NCBI GenBank assembly: GCA_025786725.1
Contig: JAHLTZ010000002.1
Span: forward strand, 434,001 to 498,000
Direction: 5' to 3'
From: Syncephalis fuscata S228
Lineage: Eukaryota > Fungi > Zoopagomycota
DNA: 64,000 nucleotides
Shown: piece by piece, positions 1 to 12,686 of the stretch
Layout: each line of letters begins with the position of its first letter
How positions within the stretch are numbered: the first letter of the stretch is position 1
Translations under genes and position numbers: made by a program
The notes under the pieces: generated by a model
What the model was told of the DNA's origin: nothing
Seen by the model: the letters and a program-made list of their open reading frames with translations, nothing else
The model's database searches: none

Positions 1-72
1 ATAGACTTTGTCACGGCCCACAGTGGTGGCAGCGAAACGCAGCTGAGCCTCTACATTCAACGACTTGGGCAT
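1..72 (-). CDS. PEX11: Peroxisomal biogenesis factor 11, N-terminal fragment (runs off the window start)
   Basis: Manual minus-strand translation from ATG at 72 gives MPKSLNVEAQLRFAATTVGRDKVY, which contains the Pex11 N-terminal T-x-GRDK motif. An in-frame upstream ATG also exists at 165. Confidence 0.75.
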   Translation of the reverse strand, partial: MPKSLNVEAQLRFAATTVGRDKVY

Positions 73-289
73 TGTAAGAGGTAGAAAGTGGAATAGGAAT
101 TCAAACAATAGTAAGCAACTGGGTGGACAATCGAGAAAAGGCGACAAATGACGTAGATTTGCCATGACGACTGCAATTACTTGCAGCGATGAAGAGAAGT
201 GCTGCTGACACGTCAAATCGGATCCATGGATCACCGAGGTTCATCCGATGTTTTCACGTGCTGTCACAGCTCTCTAGAATACAACAAAT

Positions 290-1407
290 ATGACTACGGC
301 AAGTAATTGGGCACCAGAGCTAGTGAAGCCCTTGCCGGCAAGCGAACGTATCCGCATCTATGTGATTCGTAACGAAGCACTTATATGGCATGCTATGGGT
401 AAGTGCTACTTTTATTAATAAACTGTGGTTGGTTTAATAAGAAAAGAAAAGACGTGGCCCGATTACGCGATTGCTACCATATAACTGGCACTCTGGTCGA
501 ATCATTGCCCAGACAGCCGCTGCAGAATATTATACATGGTCTACCGCTTCAATTAATGGCAGAGGAGGTCACTCTTTTATTAGAACTGGGTAATTAATGA
601 TATAACTATGTAAATGTACCTATGCATTAATAGTATTGATATGGCGTATCATAGGTATTGGACGACTGGTCGATGAGACGTGTGCCTATAGATCACCAAC
701 ATCGGATGAAATACTAGCTTATGAACAGTTACTGAGAGAAGGGGAGCGAGAAAGAGATCGTGCGGTGGCAGTACAAAAACAAACAACAGCGGCTGAACAT
801 CGTACTCAACAAAATACATCCAGCACTGATGACAATGTTATTAGAGTAGAAGATTTAGTAGATAGTTGTAGTGAAAATAAGAGTTTGCAAACATCTGTTG
901 TGGCACACGTACCAACAGCTACACCCAGTGTCCCTTGGCATATAGAGCAGCTAGGAAAAAATGTTTACGATACATGGATAGATGCTCAAAAGGCAGGTGT
1001 TTGGCGCTTTCCATCAACAGTATTGGAATGGCGCTCCTTTCAAGTATATCGGGATTTATGGCGACAGGGATGGTGGCTAGGCAGTGGTCTAAAATTTGGT
1101 GGACAATATCTAGTTTATGCTGGTAAGTAAACAGATTTTGTTGTTATAAAGCCTAATGGATAATATAGATAATCCACGACATTGCCACTCAACCTTTGTT
1201 GCAACTGTGTGTTCACCACACGAGCAGCATAACTTTACACATTTCGTTAGACTAGGCCGACTTGGAACAGCGGTACGCAAAACGCGTCTGCTTTGTATTG
1301 TAGCCGATCCGGACAATTTAACATTTGAGAAAGAGCAGCTCGAAATAGCCTCTAAAATGCTATATTCATCTGTATATTATTTACGATTAGAATGGTCAGG
1401 ATGGTAG
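290..1407 (+). CDS. SEN34: tRNA-splicing endonuclease subunit Sen34 (multi-exon)
   Basis: Exons encode LRDCYHITGTLVESLPRQPLQNIIHGLPLQLMAEEVTLLLE, VYRDLWRQGWWLGSGLKFGGQYLVYA and NPRHCHS...GRLGTAVRKT, typical of Sen34; GT-AG introns. Confidence 0.9.
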
Positions 1408-1514
1408 TATAAGAGTTAATAATCAAGCATGGATGCAATAAATTGACAGTGTTTAAATTAAATAAAGCTTTAATAGAATTTGTAATTGCATAAGCAGCGT
1501 TATGAACTTTTCGC

Positions 1515-1871
1515 TCACTTGGGCACAAATTTCTTTGCTGCCTTCTTTGCTTTGTGACCAGCCTTGCTTAGCTTTTCAGACATGCTATGGGTAGCAGCAC
1601 GGGCATTGCCACTGATACCACCGCGCAGTTTATGAAACTCCTTTCCAACCTTGCGGGTGGATTGCTTGAGATAGTATGCAGCTGATTCACTCAAATTGTG
1701 GACAGCATGATTAACTTCTTTGATACTTTGTCTGGCCTTGCCTCCAATACTACGACCTCTTGGCTGTAGATTTGGGTGTACAGATGGTGCAGCGGTGATG
1801 GAAGGCGCCAAGAGAGCGACGTTCAAAAGGCAGCTGACTACAGCGATGAAGAGAATAGCAACGCGGACCAT
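1515..1871 (-). CDS. Small secreted cationic amphipathic protein, copy A (118 aa)
   Basis: Intronless ORF from ATG 1871: signal peptide MVRVAILFIAVVSCLLNVALLAPSITA, short pro-like segment ending QPR, then a Lys/His/Arg-rich Cys-free helical region. Confidence 0.8.
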   Translation of the reverse strand: MVRVAILFIAVVSCLLNVALLAPSITAAPSVHPNLQPRGRSIGGKARQSIKEVNHAVHNLSESAAYYLKQSTRKVGKEFHKLRGGISGNARAATHSMSEKLSKAGHKAKKAAKKFVPK

Positions 1872-2762
1872 ATTGTTAAGATTCGTAATATGAAAACTAA
1901 GGCTGATAATATCGTAACTAGTCAAAGGGAATATAAGCGTATAACGTTTACTTGCATTAAAATCTAAAACTATTTATATTAGTTTATACAGAATATTTTT
2001 TCGGCAAATAATAATGACATTTAAAGAATAGTTAATTACACTGAGATATATGAGTAAATTTTGCACAATGTAATAAAACCAATTTAGAATAATCAGCATT
2101 TTAAATTACAACAGCCACGTGCGTACCCGTTCAGTGCTATTTTTGGTAATTCTCATTTGAGCAGGTGTAATTTATACTGATTATAGGTATATTAACCTTT
2201 TCGCCATATCCATATTTATATAGCAATAAAAAATAGAATATTCATCTAAAATTGCATAACTAGAAAAGCACCGTTTTAATTTGTAATGGAAAAGTGCTGA
2301 TAAGACTACGTCATTTGAATGGTTTGCGATAGAATTATACAGAAACATCAATGTTGATTGCTGTTTTTGTCATTATGATTCAATATGGTTATTACCCAAA
2401 ACATAACTCTAGGTTACGCATTTTATTTATGCTTTTTGTATTAAATAAAATGGTCAGGATGGTGGTATAATAATAATAATTAGCAATCAAACATTGGTGT
2501 AATAAACTATCTGTATAAACAAAACAGATACTTAACAATAATATCACTAACTTGCAATAATACAAAGATCAAATTATATGTTGTGATTATTATCTGCAAT
2601 TATATTGGTGCTAATAAAACACATGTACAATAATAAACAGCAATATTAATGGCATGTATTATAAAAGATATTTATTATTGGCAGTGTTTAAATGATAAAG
2701 TTTGATGGAATTCGTAAAATGGCATCGTAATTGCTTGATCAGCATTATGAATTTTTGTTTAT

Positions 2763-3116
2763 TTAGTGCACAACCTTCTTTACTGTCTTACTTATGCTGT
2801 GGCCAACATTGCTCAAGCCTTGAGCCACGCTATGACCAGCAGCACGGGTATTACCAACGATACCGCCGCGGATTTTATCAGCTTCTTTATCAATTTTGCG
2901 GCTGAATTGTTTGACATGGTGCACGGAATCGTCGCTTAGTTCTTTAATAGCATGTTCGGTTTCTTTAATGGCTTTTCTGATGCTCTTCCCAATACTACGA
3001 CCTCTTGGCTGTAGATTTGGGTGTACAGATGGTGCAGCGGTGATGGAAGGCGCCAAGAGAGCGACGCTCAAAAGGCAGCTGACTACGGCGATGAAGAGAA
3101 TAGCAACGCGGACCAT
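2763..3116 (-). CDS. Small secreted cationic amphipathic protein, copy B (117 aa)
   Basis: Paralog of 1515-1871 with a near-identical 5' region and a diverged mature region. Confidence 0.8.
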   Translation of the reverse strand: MVRVAILFIAVVSCLLSVALLAPSITAAPSVHPNLQPRGRSIGKSIRKAIKETEHAIKELSDDSVHHVKQFSRKIDKEADKIRGGIVGNTRAAGHSVAQGLSNVGHSISKTVKKVVH

Positions 3117-3876
3117 ATTGTTAAGATTCGTAATATGAAAACTAAGGCTGATAATATCGTAACTAGTCAAAGGGAATATAAGCGTATAACGTTTACTTGC
3201 ATTAAAATCTAAAACTATTTATATTCAGTTTATCACAGAATATTTTTTCGGCAAATAATAATGGACATTTAAAGAATAGTTAATTAACACTGAATACACG
3301 TGTTTGGAGTCTACACGATGTAATAAAACCAAATTTAAATAGCTAGAACTTTTAAGTTATGGAATTCACGTGTGTGCAGTGGTTGGCCGAGTTCAGCACC
3401 GTACTCGACTGCGTTATTCTGAACAGGTGCAGCTTTATACTGCTTGCAGATGGACCAGCCTTTTCACCATAGCTTTATTTATATAATAATAGAAAAATAG
3501 AACATTCGCTTTTATATCATTATAACTCTGTAGTAGTTCATAATGATACTTTAAAGCAGCAACTCTACACATATATCAGTGCGTAAACTATAAGTTAGAA
3601 AGTTTCAGCTACTATTTATTATTGATATAAGTAATTAGTAAGTGAAAAATAACGGTTGGAATATGATAAAAATATGCAGTTGCAATTCTACAACGTGAGA
3701 AGACGAGCAATTACAATTACCAAATATGAAGATGCCAAATTCATAGTGGAAAAATACTGATAAGACTACATAGTGGATATGACTACACGGTAGCAGTATA
3801 CGGAAATATCAATACTAATTTTATGATGATGCGACGGTTACCTATGCAAAACTAGTAATCTTTTTATTCTGCCATC

Positions 3877-5018
3877 ATGCCGCCCAAACTTCGTAAACGT
3901 GTTTTTTCACAGCTATCTGTGGCAAAACCAGCCTCAGTAAAACGTAGTACGACGCTGAAGCGAGCCAAAGTATGTAAATACAAAAAGTGCATTTGCTAGT
4001 AGCTAATTACACATAGGTGGCAGCGAAAGAACAAGTAGCATCAACATGCAAAGATAGTGCTAACATTCCAAACTCGTCACTAATAATATCGTCGACAGAG
4101 TCTGTATCAGCGGTAAGATGCGCGACAATAGAAAAAGCAAATTTAAATTTACGCGTTGTCGTTATAGAATTATTGGCTTATGAAGGCTGAGCCTGAGACG
4201 CGCATTGTCAAAGGAAAAGATGTAAAGTTTAGGTTGGATAAAACTACTGTTGTCTTATTAAACTCAATACACTAATTAATTTAGTATTGATGATTTGGCA
4301 GCCATACCCAATGCAACCGCTTCGTGGGATGGTGTTGTAAGTGAATGTCATTTATTGTTATTGTTATTTTTTAATCAGTATTGATGTTAATCAGCGCAAT
4401 TATGAAGCGCGTAATATAATGCGCGATCAGATGCGTATTGGAGATAAGGTGAAGTAGTGTACTATTTGCCATTGAAAACAACACTGACAATTACTAGGTT
4501 CTTTTCTATCATTCTAATTGTAAGAAACCCGGTATTGCCGGTGTTGCACAGGTAATTCACGCTTAATATTTTATTAGTTGCTATTTATAAGTAATATTGG
4601 CAAATAGATTGTTCGCGAAGGCTACCCCGATCGTATCCTTTAAACAATATCACGACTGGCAATAATAATGGCAATAATATGCTTGACTTATTCATAGATA
4701 CGGCACTTGACCCTTCTCATCCCTATTATGATGCCAAATTGAAACCAGGCGACACTACTCGATGGTTCATGGTAAGTAGCGCTGGCGGTATATTGTAAAG
4801 CATTAATTAACCATGTAAATACACTCTAGGTGGATGTAGCATTTGTTTGTAAATTTCCTCGATTGGTCACACTCGAAGAATTAAAACACTTTAAATCGAC
4901 TGATTTAAGCGAAATGGTTTTATTGAATCGAGGCCGTCTTTCCGTACAGCCGGTAACTCGTTCTGAATTTGATTTTATCAATGATTTGGCACAGAAAACC
5001 GATGATTCTAATGAATAA
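3877..5018 (+). CDS. THYN1: EVE-domain (Thy28/THYN1-like, PUA-like) protein, multi-exon
   Basis: Spliced exons give YWLMKAEPETRIVKGKDVKFSIDDL, WDGVRNYEARN, FYHSNCKKPGIAG, YPDHTALDPSHPYYD, MVDV, LSVQPV. Confidence 0.9.
4633..4697 (+). other. U12-type (minor) GT-AG intron in the EVE gene
   Basis: 5' splice site GTATCCTTT; branch-like GCTTGAC ~10 nt before the AG; removal restores YPD-H-TALD. Confidence 0.75.
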
Positions 5019-5025
5019 ATTATAT

Positions 5026-7443
5026 TTACAAAGATTGCTGCATAGTCTGCATATTATATCGTTTATACCACTCAAGTGTATCATTAGATAGAGATGCTGG
5101 CACAATGGCCAATGCATCGTCAAAATCATTTGCTGTCTATTGTAACGGTCAATTAGTATATAAGCTATTTACGACAGTCTGGCTTACCACATGTTGTGCA
5201 GATTGATCGCATCTCAAGGCAGATAGAGCCGCTTCCCGACAAACATTTTGTAAATCTGCGCCACTGTATCTATCCGTCTAACATATAAATTAGCTACGTT
5301 TTAATATGCTGCATTGCTGATATTCATTACTTTATCGGCAATAGCATCAAGAGATAAATTTGGGTCAATGGCATTTTCTTGGTGTGAACTTCTAATATTT
5401 GTAGTCGAGCTAATTGATCAGGTGGCGGAATCTGTGTAAGTTGTTCGTTGGTTAGTTTAGTAAATAGCAATCATATTTATCACATACGTATATCTGTTTG
5501 TCAAAACGGCCAGGTCGCAATAGAGCTGCATCTAGCATATCAGGCCGATTTGTAGCACCCTAAAAAATCATTAGTAGTGTCTATTTAGCGTGTAATCAAC
5601 CTACAACTACCAGCACCGCGTCGGCCGTTTCTACACCGTCCATTTCGTTCAATAGAGCAGCTAGTAGTCGATCTCGAACCGCATCGCTACTGCCGCCACC
5701 CAAGTCACGTTTACCAACCAATGCGTCCACTTCATCTAAAAAAATAACTGCCGGTACACTTTGTCTTGCTCTGTAAAATAAATCTCTTACTAAAAACGTA
5801 TTGTTAGTAGCATATATTGCTTAATATATATATGAAATGAATATGTACCAATTTTTTCGGATTCTCCTACATAAGCTGAATAAGCTGCTGCTCCAGAGAG
5901 TGTAAAAAACTGGCGCCCGACGTATTTGCTATGGCCTAAATTGTGTTAATGTTAATTAAATGGCAAATCACTATTATTACCTTAACTAGCGTGGTTTTAC
6001 TACAGCCTGGTGGACCATAAAGAAGTACGCCTCTGGGTGCTTTTAATCCAAGCCGTTTAAATGCGGCCGGATAAAGCATTGGCCATTCTACTGCTTGCTG
6101 TAGTTTCTAATTGCAGCTATTAGTTGTTATATAGATCCACTTAAGCCAGAATTACCTTCTTGGCTTCTTCTAGCCCACCAATACTGTCCCAAGTCGTAGA
6201 TGCCACATCGACTTGCGTGGATCTTAAAAGCGATGGTGTTACTACGGTAAGTGCCTGTACAAAATCAGCCTTTGCTACTTGAAGTTTATTATTTTGCTTA
6301 AAGGCTTCACCAGAATGGGATGTACGTAAAACTGCCAAGTTGACAGCTTCGCGACACAATGAGGCAAGTCTGCACCAACATATCCATTGGTTTGTCTTGC
6401 CAGCTCATCTATTTTATCCATTGCCATCAGGTTAAACAGCTAGTGTCAACTGAATTAACTACATACCGAATGATAGACCTGCATCTATGTTAAATTACTG
6501 GTCAAGTATTTAAGAATATTAAGCCTCGTATATTCCCCTGGTGGATCTACGCCAAGTTCTCGATCAAATCTATTATAACATCATTGAAATGATAATAACA
6601 ACGATAAAAGTATATGTTCAATAACCTATATCCATTTAAAATGGCATCCTAGTTTCTTACCGTCCAGGGCGGCGAAGAGCCGGATCGATTGCATTTGGCC
6701 GATTGGTTGCCGCAACAATGACCCAACGGGCAGCGGAAGCCATACCATCCATAAGTGTAAGTAACTGAGCTACTACTCGCGACTCTTGGCCTCCGCTACC
6801 GGCTGCATTTCTGTGTGGTGTCAATGCATCCTGTATCCTAGTAAATTAGACCTTATAGCGTTATACCTATTAATTCTTTTACTTGCCAACTCATCGATAA
6901 ATATAATTACTGGTCTTTGAGCATCTGTCAAGCAAATGTCGCGTGCCTCTGTAAATGCAGCTCGTAGACGAGCCTCACTCTCGCCGATATATGGGCCATA
7001 GATTGACGGCCCATGTATAGATATCTTGTGCGCGTATAAACATATGAATATTACAATCATTGTTACTGGAGCTTTCTTACCATTTTAGCCTGGCAAACGG
7101 CGGCTACTTGAACCACTAAATGAGTTTTGCCAACTCCCGGTGATCCATAAAGTAAAATGCCTAGTTTAATTTTTTTTAACCATGTATTGTTGAATTATCT
7201 ACGTAAAGCCCTACCTTTTGGTGGTTGGATATTCATCCGCACAAAATATTGTGGATAAAGCAACGGATAGACCACCATTTCCAGCAAGCCTTTATAGGCA
7301 CGCTCTAAACCAGGCAGTGGCTTTTTTCTGTTGCGCTCAGTTTGTAGTACTTTTTTAGAATTACTGCCTAAATGAATATCTGCTAGCTGTTCTGTCAGCC
7401 AGCCAAGGTCCGAATGTTCGGTGGACTCAGTTTGGGATTCCAT
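5026..7443 (-). CDS. Tandem AAA+ ATPase, AFG2/SPATA5(L1)-like, multi-exon
   Basis: Two AAA modules: [77 protein letters not shown]. No N-domain is visible. A few frameshifts. Confidence 0.85.
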
Positions 7444-7952
7444 AGTTTGAAATGCGATTAAGCGAAGACTATATAATAATAATAAAATTTTTAAAAACGC
7501 AAATCTATTTTTTACTAAACTTAATTATGTTATATTGCCATATTTGGCAAGTACAAATTATCTATTTCTTCCCACATTCCAATTGCTTTTTTGCGTATTT
7601 GTATATGTTTCTAATTGTTGGTGTTTTTTACAGTATTATTATAGCTTATTGCAAATTACTTTGTTTATAACATTGATGTACCGTAATTGTGTTACATATT
7701 AATAAATAGGTAATACTACATCAATTGATGGCTAATCTAAAATACTACTTTTAGGCTGGCTGGCAAAGGGGCATTCCAGCTGGCATGCACGGTCACGTCT
7801 CCTTTTTTTACGATATGCTGCATAGCATCTCCTTATTTACTGAAATTTCAATACTTGCATAAAGTAGTGGTAATATTGTCGTTTAAACTCGATGTTGTTT
7901 TGTATTAACTTTCATTAAACTTGGCGGCTTTCTATGTTTTTTACTGTTTAAA

Positions 7953-9028
7953 ATGTCGTTATCTGACTCGTGTACTGGTAAACAGGCACCAATGTGTTGA
8001 CACAACATAAAGCAGATGATAAACCTGCTTATTATTCACTTAAATTTGCCGTCGCACTCTGCTTGGCTGTTATAGCCACAGCATTGTTGGGTCGACTTTA
8101 CTTTCCCATCAATTTATTTGGTGAAGTATGGCGCAGTTTAATGGCTTATTGCCAAGAAATGACGAGATTCTACCCAGCTACGAATGCCAGCATGAAGGCA
8201 GCCTTGAAATGATTAGTTTGGATCCATTTATGTTTCGGATTCATGACTTTCTAAAGCCAGGAGAAGCCGATCATATTATAAGCATTAGGTAAATAAGACT
8301 AGAATGCTATATAAAAGCTTACATAGTTGGCCCATACCTGTTTAGTCGACCATTAATGGAGCGATCTCACGTACAAGCCGACGAGGGAAGCTCCGTTTCT
8401 ACATCAAGAACGTCAACACAAACATTTTTGTCTTTTAATCAGGACAAAGTAGCTGCGTGCATCCTTGTACGTGCAGCACATCTTTTCCAGGTTCCATTGA
8501 CGGATATCGAGTCACTACAGGTAGTTCGCTACACTGCTGGTCAAGAATACCAAAATCATTATGATTTTATGCGAACAGACGAGCAGCTCATGAGCAGTGA
8601 ATGGAGTCGAGCCAAGGGACAACGCTTAGCAACTATGATTATTTATTTACAAGAGCCGTTGGCAGGCGGTAATACAAGCTTTCCATCTCTGGGCCTTAGC
8701 TTTAAGCCTCAGAAAAATGAAGGGTTACTATGGTATAATCTAAACCAGGATGGCCTTGAAGACTGGCGGTAAGTGATACTTGATCATTACTAGCATACTA
8801 CTAAATTTAATATTTGTGGTGTGCTGTAGCATGGACCATCAAGGTGATCCAATCATTGAAGGAGAGAAGTGGGCCATGAATTTATGGCCACATAAAATGA
8901 CCGCGCCAATTGCGGAACGCATTCAAAAGCTTGAAGAGAGCCTTCGTACAACGGGTGCCTCATCAATGGCCGAAACACTGCCTCATCAATCCAATAATGA
9001 AGGTAATAACCATCATATTGAATTGTAA
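7953..9028 (+). CDS. Prolyl 4-hydroxylase-like 2OG-Fe(II) dioxygenase, copy 1 (2 introns), N-terminal TM anchor
   Basis: LQVVRYTAGQEYQNHYD, GQRLATMIIYL, GGNTSF, LWYN, DHQGDPIIEGEKW; C-terminus HIEL; introns ~8289-8345 and ~8769-8829; the 5' part is frameshifted. Confidence 0.85.
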
Positions 9029-9531
9029 TGGTTGCTATGTACTCCTTATCGATTGATTCGAATCGCGATGATTTTGGATCACTAGTTGATTATATTAATT
9101 TGAATGCAACAAAAGGGCGGCGTTTTAAATAAATTATCTATTAAATTGCAAAGATTATTTATTGCTATGTAGCCAGCTACTACATGCCATTAATTAGCTT
9201 TATTGCATGTTTATGGCTTTGCTCGATTGTCGTGTAAGTACAGTTATAATTAACTACGACTCATGTGCTATGTAACAAATCAGTCCGTGTGATTGGCCAA
9301 CATGTGAATCAATAAACGGCAAATCAGCTTAGCTGCATAAAAATACGCTCTTTGAAAGTGACCATTCACGTTCGCACACACATACAAAGAGTGATATAAA
9401 AATAGAACACCCTCCATCCACTAATCGGGACGGAGTAAATAAAAGGCGATTACGCCTTGATTCCACACGTCTTTGCACACATACGCACTTCTTTCGCACA
9501 TTTTATATCAACATTTTATTGTATTGCTAGT

Positions 9532-10739
9532 ATGTCCAACTCGAAAGCGGAAACTGAAGCGACTACAGCCGCGCCTCAACCTGTTGCCCAAGTGGCACCG
9601 GTGGCCCCAGCACCGTCAAAAGGTGTCAGTACTTCTACGCTTTTAGTTTTACTGGTTCTCTCCTCTCTTCTTTCTTCCTCTCTTGGTCCTTTGGTGCAGA
9701 CTGGTCTTCGCCGTGCCGCAGAAGCATATCTGGGCCTTCCAGCGGGCCATTCAAATCAAGCCTTTAATCAACCACAACAGCAACAGCCTAACTATGGATA
9801 TGCTTCTCAGCCTATAATACAAGCACAGCAGTACACAACAACAACAACAACAACAACAGCAGCAGCAGCAACAGCCAGCAACAGCAACAGCAGCAAGCTT
9901 CTTCAGTTAATATAGCTGCTCGTTCTGTTGCGCTAGATCCATCCACTTACGTATGCAAGCACAGCTACTCTATGAATGTAGTCAGCCGTGATCCAACCGT
10001 TATTCTTATCGATGACTTTTTACAGCCAGGTGAAGCAGAGCATATGATTGCTGTCTCATCTCCTAAGATGCAGCGTTCACGTGTATTTGGTGAAAAAGAG
10101 CATTCGGATTCACGTACCAGCAATAGTGCATACTTGTCAAAGGGAATGGATCACGTTATAAAATGTATTGAAGAACGTGCAGCACTGTTCTCCAATATTT
10201 CTGTAGCCGATTCTGAGCCATTGCAGGTCGTTTGGTATACGAAAGGCCAAGAATTCAGACCACACCACGACTACGTCAGCGAAAATGACTTGAAGCATGA
10301 CTATTGGACTCGCTTTGGCCAGCGCTATGTGACTATACTTGTATATTTGAACGAGCCAGATCAAGGAGGAAGCACTATATTCCCCAAGCTTAATCTTGAC
10401 TTGAAACCAAAGAAAAACTCTGCTGTGTTCTGGTACAATGTTGGAATAAACGAGGAAGAGGACGAGCGCACTCTTCACGGCGGCGCACCGGTTCTTGAAG
10501 GTGAAAAGTATGCCATCAACATTTGGCAACGCAAGATGATTCCTCGTGTGACAAAGATTTTGAACGAGAAGGCAGCACAGGAAGCGCAAAAGAATGCTGA
10601 TCCGGAGAAGCGTGTAGAATATGCTCCTAATACTGAGCAGCAACAGACAGCAGAACAGCAACAGCCGGCAGAACAACAACAACCAACAGAACAGCAACAA
10701 CAAGAGGTGCAAAAGCCAAAGAAGATCTTTGAGTTTTAA
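9532..10739 (+). CDS. Prolyl 4-hydroxylase-like, copy 2 (intronless; polyQ stem)
   Basis: TM anchor TLLVLLVLSSLLSSSLGPLVQ; FRPHHDY, GQRYVTILVYLNEP, TLHGGAPVLEGEKY. One frameshift in the CAA/CAG tract at ~9835 joins ORFs 9457 and 9972. Confidence 0.9.
9830..9897 (+). repeat. CAA/CAG polyglutamine microsatellite within P4H copy 2
   Basis: Direct reading of (CAA)n(CAG)n. Confidence 0.9.
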
Positions 10740-12151
10740 ATGATAGATGTAGAATTGAATTATACGCCGTTTGTGCGTAATTAATACAGGAGAAATAAAA
10801 TAATAATCCATAAGCTAAGCAATTTATACAACATGTATATACTGGTTGTTTATTTATTTAACTAGTAGTTTCTTACTTTATTTTTAAAGCATGCTGATGC
10901 TATTTTATAATTTTAGTAATGTGTTTCTATGATGGTGAGTAGTTTTTTGTAAGTCAAATGACTTTTATTATATTAATTGATCTTTTAATACATTCGCTAT
11001 TATACTGAATATATGTTCTATAATAATGAGTAGTTTTGAAGTAAATGACTTTTATTCTTCATTTATTCATTTGCTATTAATCTGTTCTATGATGTACAAC
11101 ATGTTGGGTAGATTGACTTTTATTATTTACGCTCCATTTATTAATCAATTAAACTCAGCTGTTTATAAATATTGACTGACAGGTTCACATCTTACAATCT
11201 ACGTCATCACATTTCCCTTTCTCTTTCTTCACACTTGATAGCATATATCCATTGCATATACTTGTACACTCCATATATACTAATGAGATAGTATTAGTAG
11301 TTGAATTACTACTAGTCAAGTATAAACACTATTTACACCACTTTTGTAATCTGACTTCTTTTTTTGCTAATCATATTCATTATTACGATCATTGGCGTTA
11401 AACCTTTATTTACATGATAAGTGTATTCTGGCTTTAGCTTATGCTCTGTTTTTGCTATGATTCATCATTACAGGTCATTTGACAACATGTGCGATCTTTA
11501 TAGTAGTAGGAGCACTACTATATTGACGCTGAGGATTTGTTTAGCAAACATATTGATAATGCATCCAACATGCTACTGCTGTATATACAACTGCCTCTTT
11601 GTTAATTGCTTTTCTTCTCTGCTTCTTCCACATCTTCTGCCTAAACTTTTTTTTACGTACAATCAATGATAGTTGTAAAAAATTAAACTTTCTCAGTATT
11701 GCGCTGCTTTTTAAACTGGCACTTTAATCAACATCAGAGATCGTGGTTAGTCTTTGACTGGATAATCTCTAGCAGTATGTTTTATCAATCTGCATTTAAA
11801 GTATCTGTCTTTTTTAAAAATCCTAATTGTTTTACTATATTTTATTAAGCTAAATATTATCCTACGTAAAACAAGGGTCAAATAGCTGTGGACATTTATA
11901 TTATTCAGTTATCTGACAATGGCACATAGCTAACACTAGTTCATTGTTTACATAAATATTATTGCCATGAAATGTGTATTTGTTTTATTATAAATAAATA
12001 ACATGATTCACATACCTAAATATTAGATATTAAAATGTAGCACATAGCACACGTCTGTTCGTGTAATGAAATAGCATAACAATTTTAACAGGTATTTAGT
12101 TGTCACATTTCTGATCACACTAGCATAACAACATAAGCATAATATTGGAAC

Positions 12152-12686
12152 ATACCGATAAATCAATAGTTTACAGATTTAAACGTAAAATCATTGCATT
12201 ATTGCTGTAAAAATACACAACAGTATTAACAGCGCAGTTATAGTGTAGCTAGATATTAAAAGACAATAAATTACAAGTTAAAAAATGATGCTAACAATTT
12301 AATTAATAAAGTGCTAATAATAATAAGCATAACTTTACGTAAAATAAAACAAATTACTTGGTATTTTTACACATTTATTAGCGCATTATTGCAATCACTA
12401 CACTATCATTCAATACAATCACGGTATACTTTACCAATAGCTATCTATATGCTATGTGCATGCTTGTGTAAAAATACCAAGCAATTTGTTTTATTTTACG
12501 TAAAGTTATGCTTATTATTATTAGCACTTTATTAATTAAATTGTTAGCATCATTTTTTAACTTGTAATTTATTGTCTTTTAATATCTAGCTACACTATAA
12601 CTACGCTGTTAATACTGTTGTGTATTTTTACAGCAATAATGCAATGATTTTACGTTTAAATCTGTAAACTATTGATTTATCGGTAT
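12152..12686. repeat. Long inverted repeat, 222-bp arms (12152-12373 and 12465-12686), 91-bp spacer; possible foldback/MITE-like element
   Basis: The arms are reverse complements with two mismatches found by eye. Confidence 0.92.

Larger units (their letters stand above)
1390..3860. repeat. Tandem segmental duplication, units ~1390-2447 and ~2448-3860
   Basis: The SEN34 3' end AATGGTCAGGATGGT recurs at ~2449; 1744-2030 is near-identical to 2989-3290; the CTGATAAGACTAC block occurs at ~2298 and ~3757. Confidence 0.8.

Noticed and set aside
10137-10811. 224-aa minus-strand Leu-rich ORF
   Set aside because: Antisense shadow of P4H copy 2 and its Gln-rich tail.
12152-12686. Autonomous transposon
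   Set aside because: No transposase ORF and no clear target-site duplication; reported only as an inverted repeat.
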